Shown one piece after another: positions 13,401 to 25,268 of a stretch of DNA of 64,000 bases. This stretch comes from Marsupella aquatica. Lineage: Eukaryota > Plantae > Marchantiophyta. The position numbers and the translations under genes were made by a program. The notes beneath the pieces are model-generated. The model searched no databases. It was given only the letters and a program-made list of their open reading frames with translations, and had not been told where the DNA came from. The stretch is taken from the NCBI GenBank assembly GCA_973895155.1, contig OZ316896.1, positions 8,701,539 through 8,765,538 on the forward strand, written 5' to 3'. Each line of letters begins with the position of its first letter. The first letter of the stretch is position 1.

Positions 13401-15850
13401 TCAATTACCTCAAAACCCTAAACCCTTGCCATCCTGCCAGCTTCTCTTGTGTGACATATGACCAAGCTTCAATTCCTTGAATTAAATTGAAATTTCTGTG
13501 TTACTGATATTAGTATGCCAACAGAGGGCGGACAAATGTGAATGGTTGACAGATGGTAGCGGTTCCAACACCACGTGGCATGCAGGCTCATTAGGAGATA
13601 CTGGATGACCTGAAACTAAGAAAAAACAAAGCATGCATATCCCTTTATAAATATCTAAGACTAAAGTGATAAATCTCTATCCTGTCATTTTGATGAAATA
13701 AAAATAGATTGACAATATACACTATGACAAATCAAGCTGCATGATAACATTACTAGAGTAAGAGCAACCCTGTCCTGAAGATTTTTGGGAATCCCCTAAG
13801 CTTGCAAAAAGTTGTCCATACAGGTCCCCTTTCTGGGCTGAATAGAGTGCCAATTAGTGTACATTTCACAATTTACCAAAATTGTTTTGGTTGTTTTGCC
13901 AAAACACATTCACTGAAGAGTGAGTGCCACATATCCCAATCACTCAGTCTTCATCCTTCCCTTCACAACTGTCCTCTCACTCAATTTGGGCACATTTTGC
14001 AAGGCCTGATGCAAACTTGAAAACTCACAATGCACATCAGGGAGAGTCTGACTACATGCCCCAAGTTGAGCCCTCATTTTTGCATTACTCATGCTCCACA
14101 TTGGCAGAACTGACTGAGATGCTCTTTGGACATTTATATCCTTTTGGATGAGATTTAGCAAGAGAATATTCAAAGCAACTTTAGTACGTGACTGTGTTAG
14201 GTACGGGTTTCGAGGAAGGATTCTAGTACAGACAAAAAAGAACTAAATGAGACAACATTACCTTGTTAAGTGTTATAGTAGCTGAAGAGTTTTTTTTCTA
14301 CCCACGGTTACTTCTAAACAATTGTCAATTAAAGGAAAATTCAAACAATTTACCAGAAAATACTATTACACCAACCACAACCCAACCAAAGGTTATATTC
14401 TCTTACCCCTGTCTTTGTTTATTTGGAAATATCATTTTTTATTTTACATTGTTTTTATAATTACAAGGTCTAATGTTATTCTTTGCCTTCCCTCAAACAC
14501 AAATAGTCACATTTGGTTTTTCTTGCATAACTAACCATTCTTGTTTGTGACCAATAGTGGTGATGTGATTGCACGTGCTTCCAGAGATTTGGAAGGAGCT
14601 TCCCATGGGGATCTGTAAAAAGAATTATGAATTATGACTTGGATGAACTGTGTGTAAGTCATTCGGTCAGCATTTTGGCATAGGATTGCTCATCCATCTG
14701 GATAAATGAATGCAGGGCATTGTGTGGAAAATCTATCAGGTGTCCAGAAATATACATGTATGCCTATTTTAGGATTCAAAACAAAAATCTTCACATACAA
14801 TGTGAGAAGCAAACTTTTCTTTTGCAAAGAGAATATAGGGGGAAAAATATGCAAAAATAGGATAAGATGAGTAGCAGGCACACACTGAGACTTGCACGGG
14901 TAAGTGCAAATGGAATAGAACAACAAGGGCGGCAAGGTAGGAAAGTCCTTACACAACCTTTCTTATGAATATCATGAAATCAGAATGCACAATTAACACC
15001 AAAAACCTCACATCAGTGACTAAACTAAGTGAAGTCAATAGTAGTGGGATCCTCAAGAGTTGATTGTGTATCTCAGAGCACAGTTGATTATCTCAGAGCA
15101 TGGTCGTCAGGAATAATAGGAAAACACCTGGGAATATATAAGGAAGGCACGGGGCCAGGATGGTACAATTCAAAATACAGCCTGAGGGAGGATGAAGCAT
15201 GTACCCTGAAGGAGAAGGATGGAGGGAGAGAGTTTTGTGTGGTAGTTTGTGGCCAGGAGGGAGGGAGGGTTGTGGAGGCAAAGACTTTGTTCAAGTCTTC
15301 ATGAGACCAACGAGCTCTGTGCTCACGGACCTGGTAATTACCAATGTCAAAGAGAATTGATCCTCAGTTGACTCAATATCTTGATCATTCCTCCTGTAGA
15401 GTAGTATTGCCAACTACCAGGTTCATCAATAGTGTAACTAGAGTAGATGAAAACAAGGGCTCACAACTTTACATACAGTAATAAATTCTTGTTTCCTCAG
15501 TTGTGAACTTGTGCCTTTTGCAGGCAGAACTGACAAACATCCATACTTTAGGTTTCACTTTGAATCATTTGGGCCCCACTATGTCTATCTACTTTCTGTT
15601 TGCTATTTGCCTTCCTTGGTCATTCATTGCTGACAGGCTAAAGGTGAGCAATCTGGAAAATTATGCTCTGGTTTTGAACTTGAATAAAATTAAACCATGG
15701 ACCCCCAAGTTCATCCAAAGAATGTGTAACTGTGTGATGAAGTGAAATTGTTTTATTTTGAGAAAATGAAAGAAAGAAGTAAATGTTTTGTTTAAGAAAA
15801 ATATTTTTTTGATATAATATTTGATCCACGTAACAGTGCCTAAGTCCCCT

Positions 15851-16478
15851 CTAGTTGGAATTGTATTTGCGCTTCAAAGAAGCGCCCACTGTCGAGGTCT
15901 CATCCCTGTTCTGAGTGGGGACGTCGGTGATTAGACCTTCCTCGCTGCTCCTCTGCAGACGGTCGATCAGCGTCTGTGCATTGTCTTTGGTCAAGTTGAC
16001 CAGCATGTCGATTGGCATCTTGAAGTCGTGCCTCAGCCTTGTCACCTGGGTCAGGTGCGCTCCCTTGGTATGCTGAATGTCTTCGTGTGTCGCCTCCTTC
16101 TTGGTCAGCTGGTCCTCATTGAAAGGTACTCCCATGTACCTGAGCACCTCTTTCTACACTCATGTGTTACAATTTGTGGTTGAGTTAGTACATTGTTGTT
16201 CTTGAACATTGTGAGATGGATTTGAGTGGGAGTCTGAGCTTGTTACTTGTCGCTGGTCTCTCGTTGTAGAGTTCCTTGAAATCTTTGAAGAATTTCTTGT
16301 GGTTGTCTATCAATTTTGACATGTCTATCCTGCCAATGCTGGAGTCCCATTCCGAGGCCTCCATTCCCATACCATCTGCGTACTGGATCTGCTTTGTCGT
16401 GGGGATGTTTATCTCAAGACTGTGGTCCCTTGTAGGCAGCTCACGCATGATCAATCGCGCCAGCTCGACTACCGTCAT
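15851..16478 (-). pseudogene. Unidentified coding-like segment downstream of the Helitron helicase (accessory or captured gene fragment)
   Basis: Two co-oriented ORFs with the same composition as RepHel, separated by an intron-like stretch (gtaaca...tactaac...tgtag). No recognisable domain. Confidence 0.4.
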
Positions 16479-16763
16479 GGGCTGTAGTGAAAGACCGACA
16501 AACTGTTAGTTGGTGTAAGTGTCATGTTAGTTGTTATCAATTTCTTTAGATGTGTTTTTCCTCATGAATTTAATAGTGGTGAAGAGATCGGGAGATGGAT
16601 TATAGTGGTGTTACTGTCGTGATGTTTGTCTTGGTGGCTGGTGCGATCGTCTCAATGTGCGCCGGCTCCCATGGATGTGCCTGGGATGACTTCCTGGCCT
16701 TGCTCTGTTTGCTGGTCGACATCGCTTCACCATGAACGGGTAAATCTTGGGATAAGCAAAACA

Positions 16764-19700
16764 CTATGAAGTCAACGGCCTGAGATTTCCAACAATGCGC
16801 ATGAATGACCTGTTTGTGACTCTACTCAACATGACATAGACTAGCCCGGGTGCAAATGCATTACTTATGTCCAACACGACCTTGTTGGCTACCGTGCATC
16901 CTTGGCTTTTGTGTCTGGTAATTGCATACTCGAGCATCAAAGGGAACGTGGATTTCCTATAGGTCTCGAGTCCTGAGAGAAATTTGTTTTCATGCATTGT
17001 GCGGTTCACTTTGATGAGGCAATGGTTGGAAGCCAGGTGGACAGAAATAGTCTTTTTGCCGTTGGCGTTGGTTGTGATGTCCTCAATGACTATGTCGTTG
17101 CCATTGACTACATGTTGGGCAAGGTCGATGTTGTGTGTGAGAATCACCTTGCATCCAATTGCCGCGGTTGAGAGTGTGTGGAAGTTGGAATCTTGGATCC
17201 AAGCATTTGTTGCATCATTGAATGGGGCGTTTGTGAGGTTAGGAATGTCTACGATGTCCTGCGGTGCAAAGTAGCTTTGTAGGGCCAGGTTGTTGTAGTT
17301 GTTGACGGAGTCTCTATGCGTGCATATGACGGTCATAAAGGCGTCCATGAAGTCTAGCGCTTTGGTTTTTGAGTCTATGTAGCATTTTGCGAGGCAAGCC
17401 TCAATTGATTCTTGGGTGGGGAGCTCTGTCCGGATTGCATCGAGGAACTCCATGAATTGTTGGTCCGTGCTTTGCCTGAGGACTATGCTGAGGTGGAACT
17501 TTTGCATGGACTCCTAATATGGCAATGCTGATATATGGCACAATTTGCATATGTTGTTTGTGTGATGGTTGCACACTAGAGGCAATTGGCACACGTCACC
17601 CACTAGGATCACCATGCTCTTGAAAGGGTCGGCGGTGCGATACTCATCTTGGAATGTCTTGTGGAGCCTCGTGGAGATACACCGTAGTAGTTTAGGCGTC
17701 AGCATGCTGGCCTTGTCTATGACAAAAACGTTGAACTTGTTTCTCAATGTCTGAAAGTATGGGCTTGTGATGTGGAGAGGTCGGAGCTCTCCGTGTGTGG
17801 GAATGTTGAACAAGGAATGCATAGTCACTGTGTTGGAGTTGAGGTTGGTTGCGGCCGTGCTAGTGGTGGCACACATCTTCACCAACCTTCCTTTTGATCT
17901 CCAATACCTATCCATGTGCGCTATGAAAAAAGTCTTCCCTGAGCCCGGGTTCCCGTTGATCATGAACAGTCCGCTTTTGACGTCCTTGAGTGCCTTGAAC
18001 ACTTCCTTTTGGTCTGGAGTCAAGTTTACATTTTGGATTTCTTCATCTACAGTGGTGGTGGCCATTGTTGGTGGTACGACATTGGAAGGGCCTGGCTAAA
18101 ATGTGGCCACTTCCCTAAAAATTTCAGGAGGAAGCTTGCCGTTCAGGTCCTGCAATAGGTGCGATGTGTGGTGGGTCGAGTAGAGGTGCGATGCACAGTA
18201 CTCAAGAACCAATTGGTGTATGCCATCTACATTGTTGATCAACTTGCAATGGATGCACTCGTGTAGGTAGGTCCAAGTGTCGCTGAAGGGTTTGAGTAGA
18301 ATTTCTCCTTTGGCACAAAACCTTACGACCTTCAACAGGTAGTTGTAGAAGAAGCCATTCATCTTGTAGATCGGATGGTACTCCAAAAATCTCATGAGCC
18401 GGTTTGTGCAATACATGAAGTTGCCTTGTAAGTCTCGACAAACATAGTCAATGTTGTTGCTTTTCTTGTCAGTGAGGACCTTGTGATTTGTGAAGTAGTC
18501 ATGGAAGGACATATCAAAGAGTGCCTCGGGTCTCTATGCGTACAATGAGTTAGATGTAAACATATCCCCAACAATTTTCTATAGATGGCTGATCTTAGCT
18601 CAGGAGGGGAAGAATCCATGTATAACACTGTCTCTGAGTGATGTATGATGTTGATTTTGAGGCATGTCAGAGCCGCCTCTATGGCGCACACACTTTGAGA
18701 AAGAAATGCTCCACTGACCAACTTTAGTTGAATTTCAGTCAAGTCGTCCAAGCCTAGGGTACGCGCGTCGTCTAAATTCAACTTGAGAGATCCCAACGGC
18801 TCGCATTTGATGGCGTACTTGAGCAAATAGAATGACCAGGCTGCATTCGTGATGCGTTGGAGGTTCATGTGCGCACCCCATAGCAATAGCACCAGCGGAT
18901 GGTACGGCACGACATTTTGATGGTGGTCACTTAGTCTGAGGTACCTCCATCTGGCTGTGGTTGGATTTATCGTGGCAATCCTCTCAGCATATGTCTCTTG
19001 AGGGAATCCCAATTTGCAATATCGTAGACCTGTTTGGTGTTGCGCCTGCAAGCATAAGCCAGGCTTGCAAAAGTGCATTTGCTTTGTCACCACATTCTGA
19101 TACAGATTGTTCTCTCTTCTGGATTTTTGGGCCCCTTGAATCTATCCAAGGCTGCATCAAATTTTCCGGGAATGTATGCAACTATCTTGTTTGTGACACA
19201 ATCGATGTCAGATTCCTCCACCCATAGCACAGTGTGTGTATGTAGTGATCCTCTTCCCTGCAACTCATACTTGATGATGTAGTGCAGCACCTTGCCAAGT
19301 ATGGCACTTCTCGACAAAATGTAATCCTTGAAAATTTGTTGTATTTGTTCAAGGAAAAGGACAGCACATTGGACTGGACAGTCTTTCCACGAGAACGAGC
19401 GATTCATTCTCTTTGCTACGGTTTCCAAATTTGCTATCTCTGGCCATCTTGTATCGTTGAGCTCGTCACAAGTCAGCGTTAGGAAGAAATGTGGCAATCC
19501 CCATTTTCTTGCCATGCACTTTAGTCATTGAGATGTTTTTTGTGCCACGCTGGGCTTCCGGGAACGGCCTGGGTGATTGTCTTCTTTATCAACATTTTGT
19601 AGATATCTTTCTCAATGAAGTGTGGGAACTTCTAGATACTTAATGGACAAGTATTCCTTTTCTATCATTGTCGCCCTGCTCATGGACGCTATCTGGCTGG

Positions 19701-20786
19701 CCTGTCGCAGCTGGTACATGATGAGCAGGTACAGCTTATACAAAGTGAACACATTGAACAGCTATATATTGGGTTATGCGTTTCATGTAGTCGATCAAGC
19801 TAAGCTGTCCTTGGTGGAATCCCTTGGAGTGCACAGACAGGAAAGGGAACCTTGCGGTCTCCAACATCAATTTTGTATTGATTTCTCTGATAGCCCTCAA
19901 CATTGGTCTTGACTTCTTCTTTTGTGCACATTTGCTTGTGAGCGTAAATGGTGCCGGAACGGAAGATTTGGCAATTGCGCTAGTGTGAAGTTGGGATTGT
20001 GTACGTGATGTCCTACAAGATGTGTAGATCAGGGTCAAAGGGGTCAAAGTTCATAGATCTTGTGGTGATTCCTTTTGCCCATTTGTCTTTGAGGATGTCA
20101 TCGACAGCCTCGAAACTAAGGATGCAGAGTCCAAGCAACGGTTCCGACAGCTCGACCAACAACACGTATTGCTTGAAAAGTTTGTTCTTAGTCAAATTCA
20201 ATTCCATGACCTTGTAGATCTGCAACATGATCTCATCTTTGTTGTCACACTCCAAGGTCTCCAGTTTCCAAGATATCAAGGGGCTGTCTAGGAGGCTTTT
20301 GTTCTTATAAAAGCCAGAATGGAAGCCATGGAACTTTTGTATGATGCCTAGTTGACAGTCAATCAACAATAATAGTTGCATATAGAGTGGCTTTGCAGCC
20401 AGGATATTGATCGCGTACTGTGGAGACACAAAAGTGTTTATCTGAATCCTTTTGGGATTTTGAGCGCATGTTATGCAAACATTCACTTTTTCGTCTTGGG
20501 TGTCAATGTATTGGTTCATGAAAGCGTTGCATATCCCGTAGAGTGTGACACCGATCTTTTGAATGGTGGTGAATGTCATATCGTATTGCCATACCGCACA
20601 AGTCCGCACATTCCGCAGACCCTCATGTCTTGTACCATCTTTTGGCAGACTGTTTGCCATTCTTGTAGATACAATTGGGCCGAAGCCCATCATTCCTTGA
20701 TAGTACGGGCTTTGCAATTCAGCACGGGCGGATGTGGCACGCTCCCATGCTGTGTCTCTCCTCTCAGATAATGTACGGCGCGGCAT
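16764..20786 (-). mobile_element. Decayed autonomous Helitron (Rep/HUH endonuclease + PIF1-family helicase), broken by stops and frameshifts
   Basis: Rep motifs PHFFLTLT, YELQGRGSLHTHTVLW and YLLKYAIK. Helicase motifs GNPGSGKT, VIDK(E)ASM, LVGDVCQLP, VLRQ, FPLMLEYAITRHKSQG and GLVYVMLSRV. Termini were not identified. Confidence 0.9.
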
Positions 20787-20914
20787 TTACTTGCAGACCT
20801 ATGCATATCAACAAGAAAGGGTCAGGGTTTATGCAAGAAGACGGTCTTCCTTGAAATGTCACATGGGAAGAAATGACCAAAATTGTGATCCTAGCATTGC
20901 AAATATAGCCAATT

Positions 20915-21170
20915 CAAGGTCAAGAGAATGAGTTTTGTGCAAAGCACAAAGAAAGAATGTAAGTGATGACATATAATCAGGTGAACAAAACATGTAGAAT
21001 CATGTAGCAACTTGGAAGACATGGAAGTTCCATATTTGAGGTCAAGAGAATGAGGTATGAGAGAAAGAATGTAAGTGATTGCCTGTATATAATCAGGTGA
21101 ACAAAACATGTACAATCATGGATCAACTTGGAAGAGATGGAAGTTCCATATTCGAGGTCAAGAGCTAGAA
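20915..21170. repeat. ~116-bp imperfect tandem repeat upstream of the Helitron ORFs
   Basis: aatcaggtgaacaaaacatgta...ggaagttccatatt.gaggtcaagag at about 20975 and 21091. Confidence 0.7.
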
Positions 21171-21269
21171 TGAGGTATTTCCTTTCACAGACAAGGGGCA
21201 AACCAAACATTCCAAACCAAATGGTCAGGACCTTTGTCTACATGTTCCCAACTTATATATATATATATA

Positions 21270-21503
21270 CAAGCCCTATGCCAGTGCTTTGCACTGTGCA
21301 AGGAGGGCAGGCCCATAGGGATTGGCCAGGGGCATTACGGGGCAGCGGGAAGCAAATATGTGATAGGGGTGTACATTTCTCTCATCAATGGTGAGCAAAA
21401 ACAGCTAATCAAATCCAATGGCTGTGGATCTTTCCCGCCCAAAAGCTTTTTTGTATGGGGACGGAGGACGAAAAAAGGCAGGATCCCTTATTATAGTTGT
21501 AGA
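21270..21503 (-). mobile_element. Non-autonomous Helitron, family A (234 bp), inserted in a (TA)n tract
   Basis: On the - strand it starts A|TCTACAACTATAATAAG and ends with hairpin CAGTGC-AAA-GCACTG plus CTTG|T. The paralogous empty site caacttatatatata|taagtggtc is at 23806-23829. Confidence 0.8.
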
Positions 21504-21888
21504 TAAGTGGTCTAATGAATTAAAAGTTGTAATGTCTTTGGAGAAGGAAAGTGAGTTTTCCTCTACCCTAAGTTGTGGATGAACGGGTTATGTATTACGA
21601 CACATTTTGCTCTATATTCATCCATAAGGACAAATACTAAAAACATAATGAAATTGCGTACTTTCAAAGTAAGGGACTTTGTTTTATGTTGATATTTAAA
21701 GCTACAACATTCACTAGCACTAATACCTATCTCAAGGTGAAAATTTATCTTCTAGGTCACCCGTCTAGGAAAGCCTACCAACTAAAATACAATGAGTAGA
21801 CAATGACTTTCTACTACAAATATAAGATTAATTATTATTTTATTGTATGTGTGTTAATGTCATGTTTCTATATTGATGATATAATAAA

Positions 21889-22305
21889 CTAGCCCCGATT
21901 ACCCGTTCTTTGAACGTGAATAGCGGAGAGTACAATAAAAGAAGTATCAAAATATATTTTTGATTCATATTCTTTGAAGATTAATGAAATGATAAAAAAC
22001 CCATCATTTTAATAGTCATATATAATATATCATTCTCCTTGATGTCCAGAGGCTTTTTGTATGCACATCCATGTTCTATGCACATATGTTGTGGTGGGGC
22101 CATATTACCTATATATTTTTAATGTAAATATTTAAAAATTATCACATAAAACTGGCATGTATATACATCATAGTCATGATGTCATAAGTTTTTCTCATGT
22201 ATATGATGACCATGCACATGATGACCATAGAGTTACGGTCTAGAGGCTTCACTCTAGACCCTAGCTTGTGAAAAGTAGGCTGCAGTTCGCGCTTTATTAG
22301 TAAGA
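21889..22305 (-). mobile_element. Non-autonomous Helitron, family B, uninterrupted copy
   Basis: On the - strand it starts A|TCTTACTAATAAAGCGCG and ends with hairpin CGTTC-AAA-GAACG plus CTAG|T. A second copy is at 44865-55981. Confidence 0.88.
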
Positions 22306-23006
22306 TTGATTCCATAGTAGGGTCGTTAGTATTTCACTTGTTATTCTTCTTAGTTTTGTTTTAGTGTTTTTTGTGTTTTAATTATATTTTTTATATAAGC
22401 GATAAAACAAACTGATGGCAAAGTAGGTTTGATGTTTACTCTTAGCATGATGTCTTGGTTTATAATTTTCTTAAGATTACTTTAAAAATATTTTCAATTA
22501 AATTCACATTTATAACACATGATTGTGCTGTGAGATTGTCAGTCAACTATTTGTTGTTGTTAGACTAATGTTTTATTAACGGTTCTTTTAGCAGTTTTTA
22601 AGGGAGTTGAGTTGTATAGAATCATCACTAAACATCAATAAATGTGGCTCGTATTGCAATTTGCTTTCCAAAGCGTTGATGTGTTGTAATCCACCTATCA
22701 AGGTAAGAGATAATAGAATGACACTCATAGTAAAAAGTCTGGAAATTATCAACCTATAAGTGGCTTGTAAACAGTCTGCGAAATGATGAACAAACAACAA
22801 CAGATGTTCAAGAAGCAATCAATGATGATATTGTAATTGTGAAATGAAGACTTCTATAAGTTATTTCATGAACTCATAGTTGTAAAATCCTTCTAGAAGA
22901 ATAGGGAGTTCATGTCCACCCTAACTTTTGAATGAATAAGACAAGGTATTCACAAGATACTAAAGAGAAATTCTTGCATAAGTATCTCATTTCTCCTCCA
23001 ACATCA

Positions 23007-23340
23007 TGTTGAACTATGACGTCTTTCACAACCACCATACAACCATGACTCATTCCATGCACACGTAGTCGACACAATCTCTACGTGGTTCACCTCTTCT
23101 CTAAGGCTACGTCCACACGAACACTCAAGCTTTATTTCAAGAGTAGACGAACACACATGCTCTCCCTCTTCCTCAAGTTGCTCCATTACAATGAGTAAGC
23201 ACACCACACACCAACGGCTTACACTAGCCCTGGTATATACAAGGTCACACACAACTAACCTAACCTCAGCTAAGACCCTAACTGTGGTTAGCCTAAGTAC
23301 CGTAACCTTTGAGTCACAAGACTAAGAGCGATCCTTAACA
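23007..23340 (-). mobile_element. Solo LTR of a Copia family related to the element at 25269
   Basis: TGTTGA...TAACA ends, 5-bp TSD catca/tatca (one mismatch). Shares tagtcgacaca, acgtggttcacctc, gctacgtccac and gagtcacaagacta with the 344-bp LTRs. Confidence 0.8.
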
Positions 23341-25268
23341 TATCAAGCATACCCAACTTTCCAGACCAAACATTGAGGACCCTTATGAGCATGGCTTTTG
23401 GAGTCGTTAGGTATCTCAAAACTGAAGGGCTGTATTCCCAGTCCCAAAATATGAGATTCATGTTTTTTTTAATCAAAATCCACTTTCCAGCTTATACCCA
23501 AACTTTAGTGTTTTATACTTTTGGATGATCTATTGCAAACTGTCATACTGCCAAAGAACAAGAAGTTTCCATCAGGGAGACGTTGTGACAAAGGAAGGAG
23601 AGCCAGTTAAGGGAAGACAATGGAATTGAAAAATGAAAAAGTGAGTCTGCCATGACTTTGTTAGACAAGGTGTTTCTAGTTGGGTTCGGACATTAGAGCG
23701 TGGCTGTGTCATCACTTAGTCTCAATGTAATTGCGGGTGTAATTGTGCTAAATTCAGACTCACTTTCCTTCTCCAACTTAGACATTACCTTTGTGTAGTT
23801 GTTCTCAACTTATATATATATAAGTGGTCTAATGAATTAAAAGTTGTAATGTCTTTGGAGAAGGAAAGTGAGTAATCCTCTACCCTAACTTGTGGATAAG
23901 CTACAACATTCGCTAGCACTAATACCTATTTCAAGGTGATAATTTATAGAGGTCGGATAGCCTACCAACTAAAATACAATGAGTAGAAAATGACTTTCTA
24001 CTACGAATGTAAGTTTACTTATTATTTTATTGTCTGTGTGTTAATGTCGTAGGGTCGTTAGTATTTTATTTTTTCTTCTTGTTAGTTTATTTTTAGTGTT
24101 GTTTGTGCTTTAATTACATTTTTATATAAGCATGAAACAAACTCATGGCAAAGTAGTTTTGATGTTTAGTGTTATTACGATGTCTTGGTTTATAATATTT
24201 TAAAGATTGCTTTACAATTATTTTGAAGTCAAGTCACAGTTATAACACATAATTGTGCTATGAGATTCTAAGTCAACTATTTGTTGTTGTTAGATTATTG
24301 TTATATTGACGCTTCTTTTTAGCACTTTTAAGAGAGTTGAGTTGTATAGAATGAACATACTTGTATTACGGAACAGCAATAAATGTGGCTTGTTGATGTG
24401 TAGTAATCCACCTATCAAGGTAAGAGATAATGAATTGACACTCATAGTAGTTAGAAATTTGATTTATATAGTCGTTCTCAAAAACTCCATTTCAACAAAT
24501 CCACATCATCAAGCTAATTAATCAGTGTACCTGCCTAATAGAGGATGACTTCATTTTTGCAATCTTTCACTAGTGCCCTGAATTCTAGTAAAGCAATACT
24601 CTGATTCCCTTGCACTTCCAGATGTTTTGAGTATTAGTATTAGTTCCCATATTTGAACGTAACTAGAGATATAAATAAATATTTGAACATAAATGCCCCA
24701 TATTGTTGATTTGGTTCATTATTTGACAAAAAAACATTTTATAGCTAAGCTTTCAAACTGGTATGTTGTGACATGGCGTAAAGCCTTGAAGACGCATGGA
24801 TTAGTATGCAAATTCACCTCAGTAGCAACTGGTCGATGGATTACAGATGGCTCTCTTCTGTCCAGATTCAGCCATTTTGGGGGGTTTACAATAAATGAGA
24901 AGTTTACTTAGAAAGATAGTAAGCTACCACTTTTCAGTTCCTGTCTTATAGTCTGCTGGCTCGCATTTGCACATTATAGTTGACATGACTCAGCAGTCCC
25001 AATATAGTAATAGGTACGAAGCTTTTCTTCACTATATCCAACAGTCATGCATGTACAACTTAAATATAGTAACAGGTACGAAGCTTAGTTTAGCCTTGCT
25101 TTGCGCTTCATAGAATAGAATAGAGTTTTAATGTCATTTTATTTTTCAATGTCCTTCTTTTCCCGGTGCATCCCTTGTATTTTTCATACTAGACCTACAA
25201 AAGAAAGATTCTAGTATTAGAATTTGTTTTCTCTATTTTGTTGTTAAGATAGTACATAGTAAGTTTAT

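Larger units (their letters stand above)
21230..24450. repeat. Local segmental duplication (about 21230-22735 versus 23785-24450)
   Basis: Shared blocks taagtggtctaatgaattaaaagttgtaatgtctttggagaagg, gtagggtcgttagtattt and aatccacctatcaaggtaagagataat. The copies differ by the Helitron insertions and by deletions. Confidence 0.85.

Noticed and set aside
15050-15350. Possible solo LTR with a TATA-like tatataag
   Set aside because: No TG..CA boundaries with a TSD could be established, and there is no second copy in the window.
21481-21503. TC terminus as the 5' end of the autonomous Helitron
   Set aside because: It is closed by its own hairpin and terminus 234 bp away, and an empty paralogous site exists, so it belongs to a separate mini-element.
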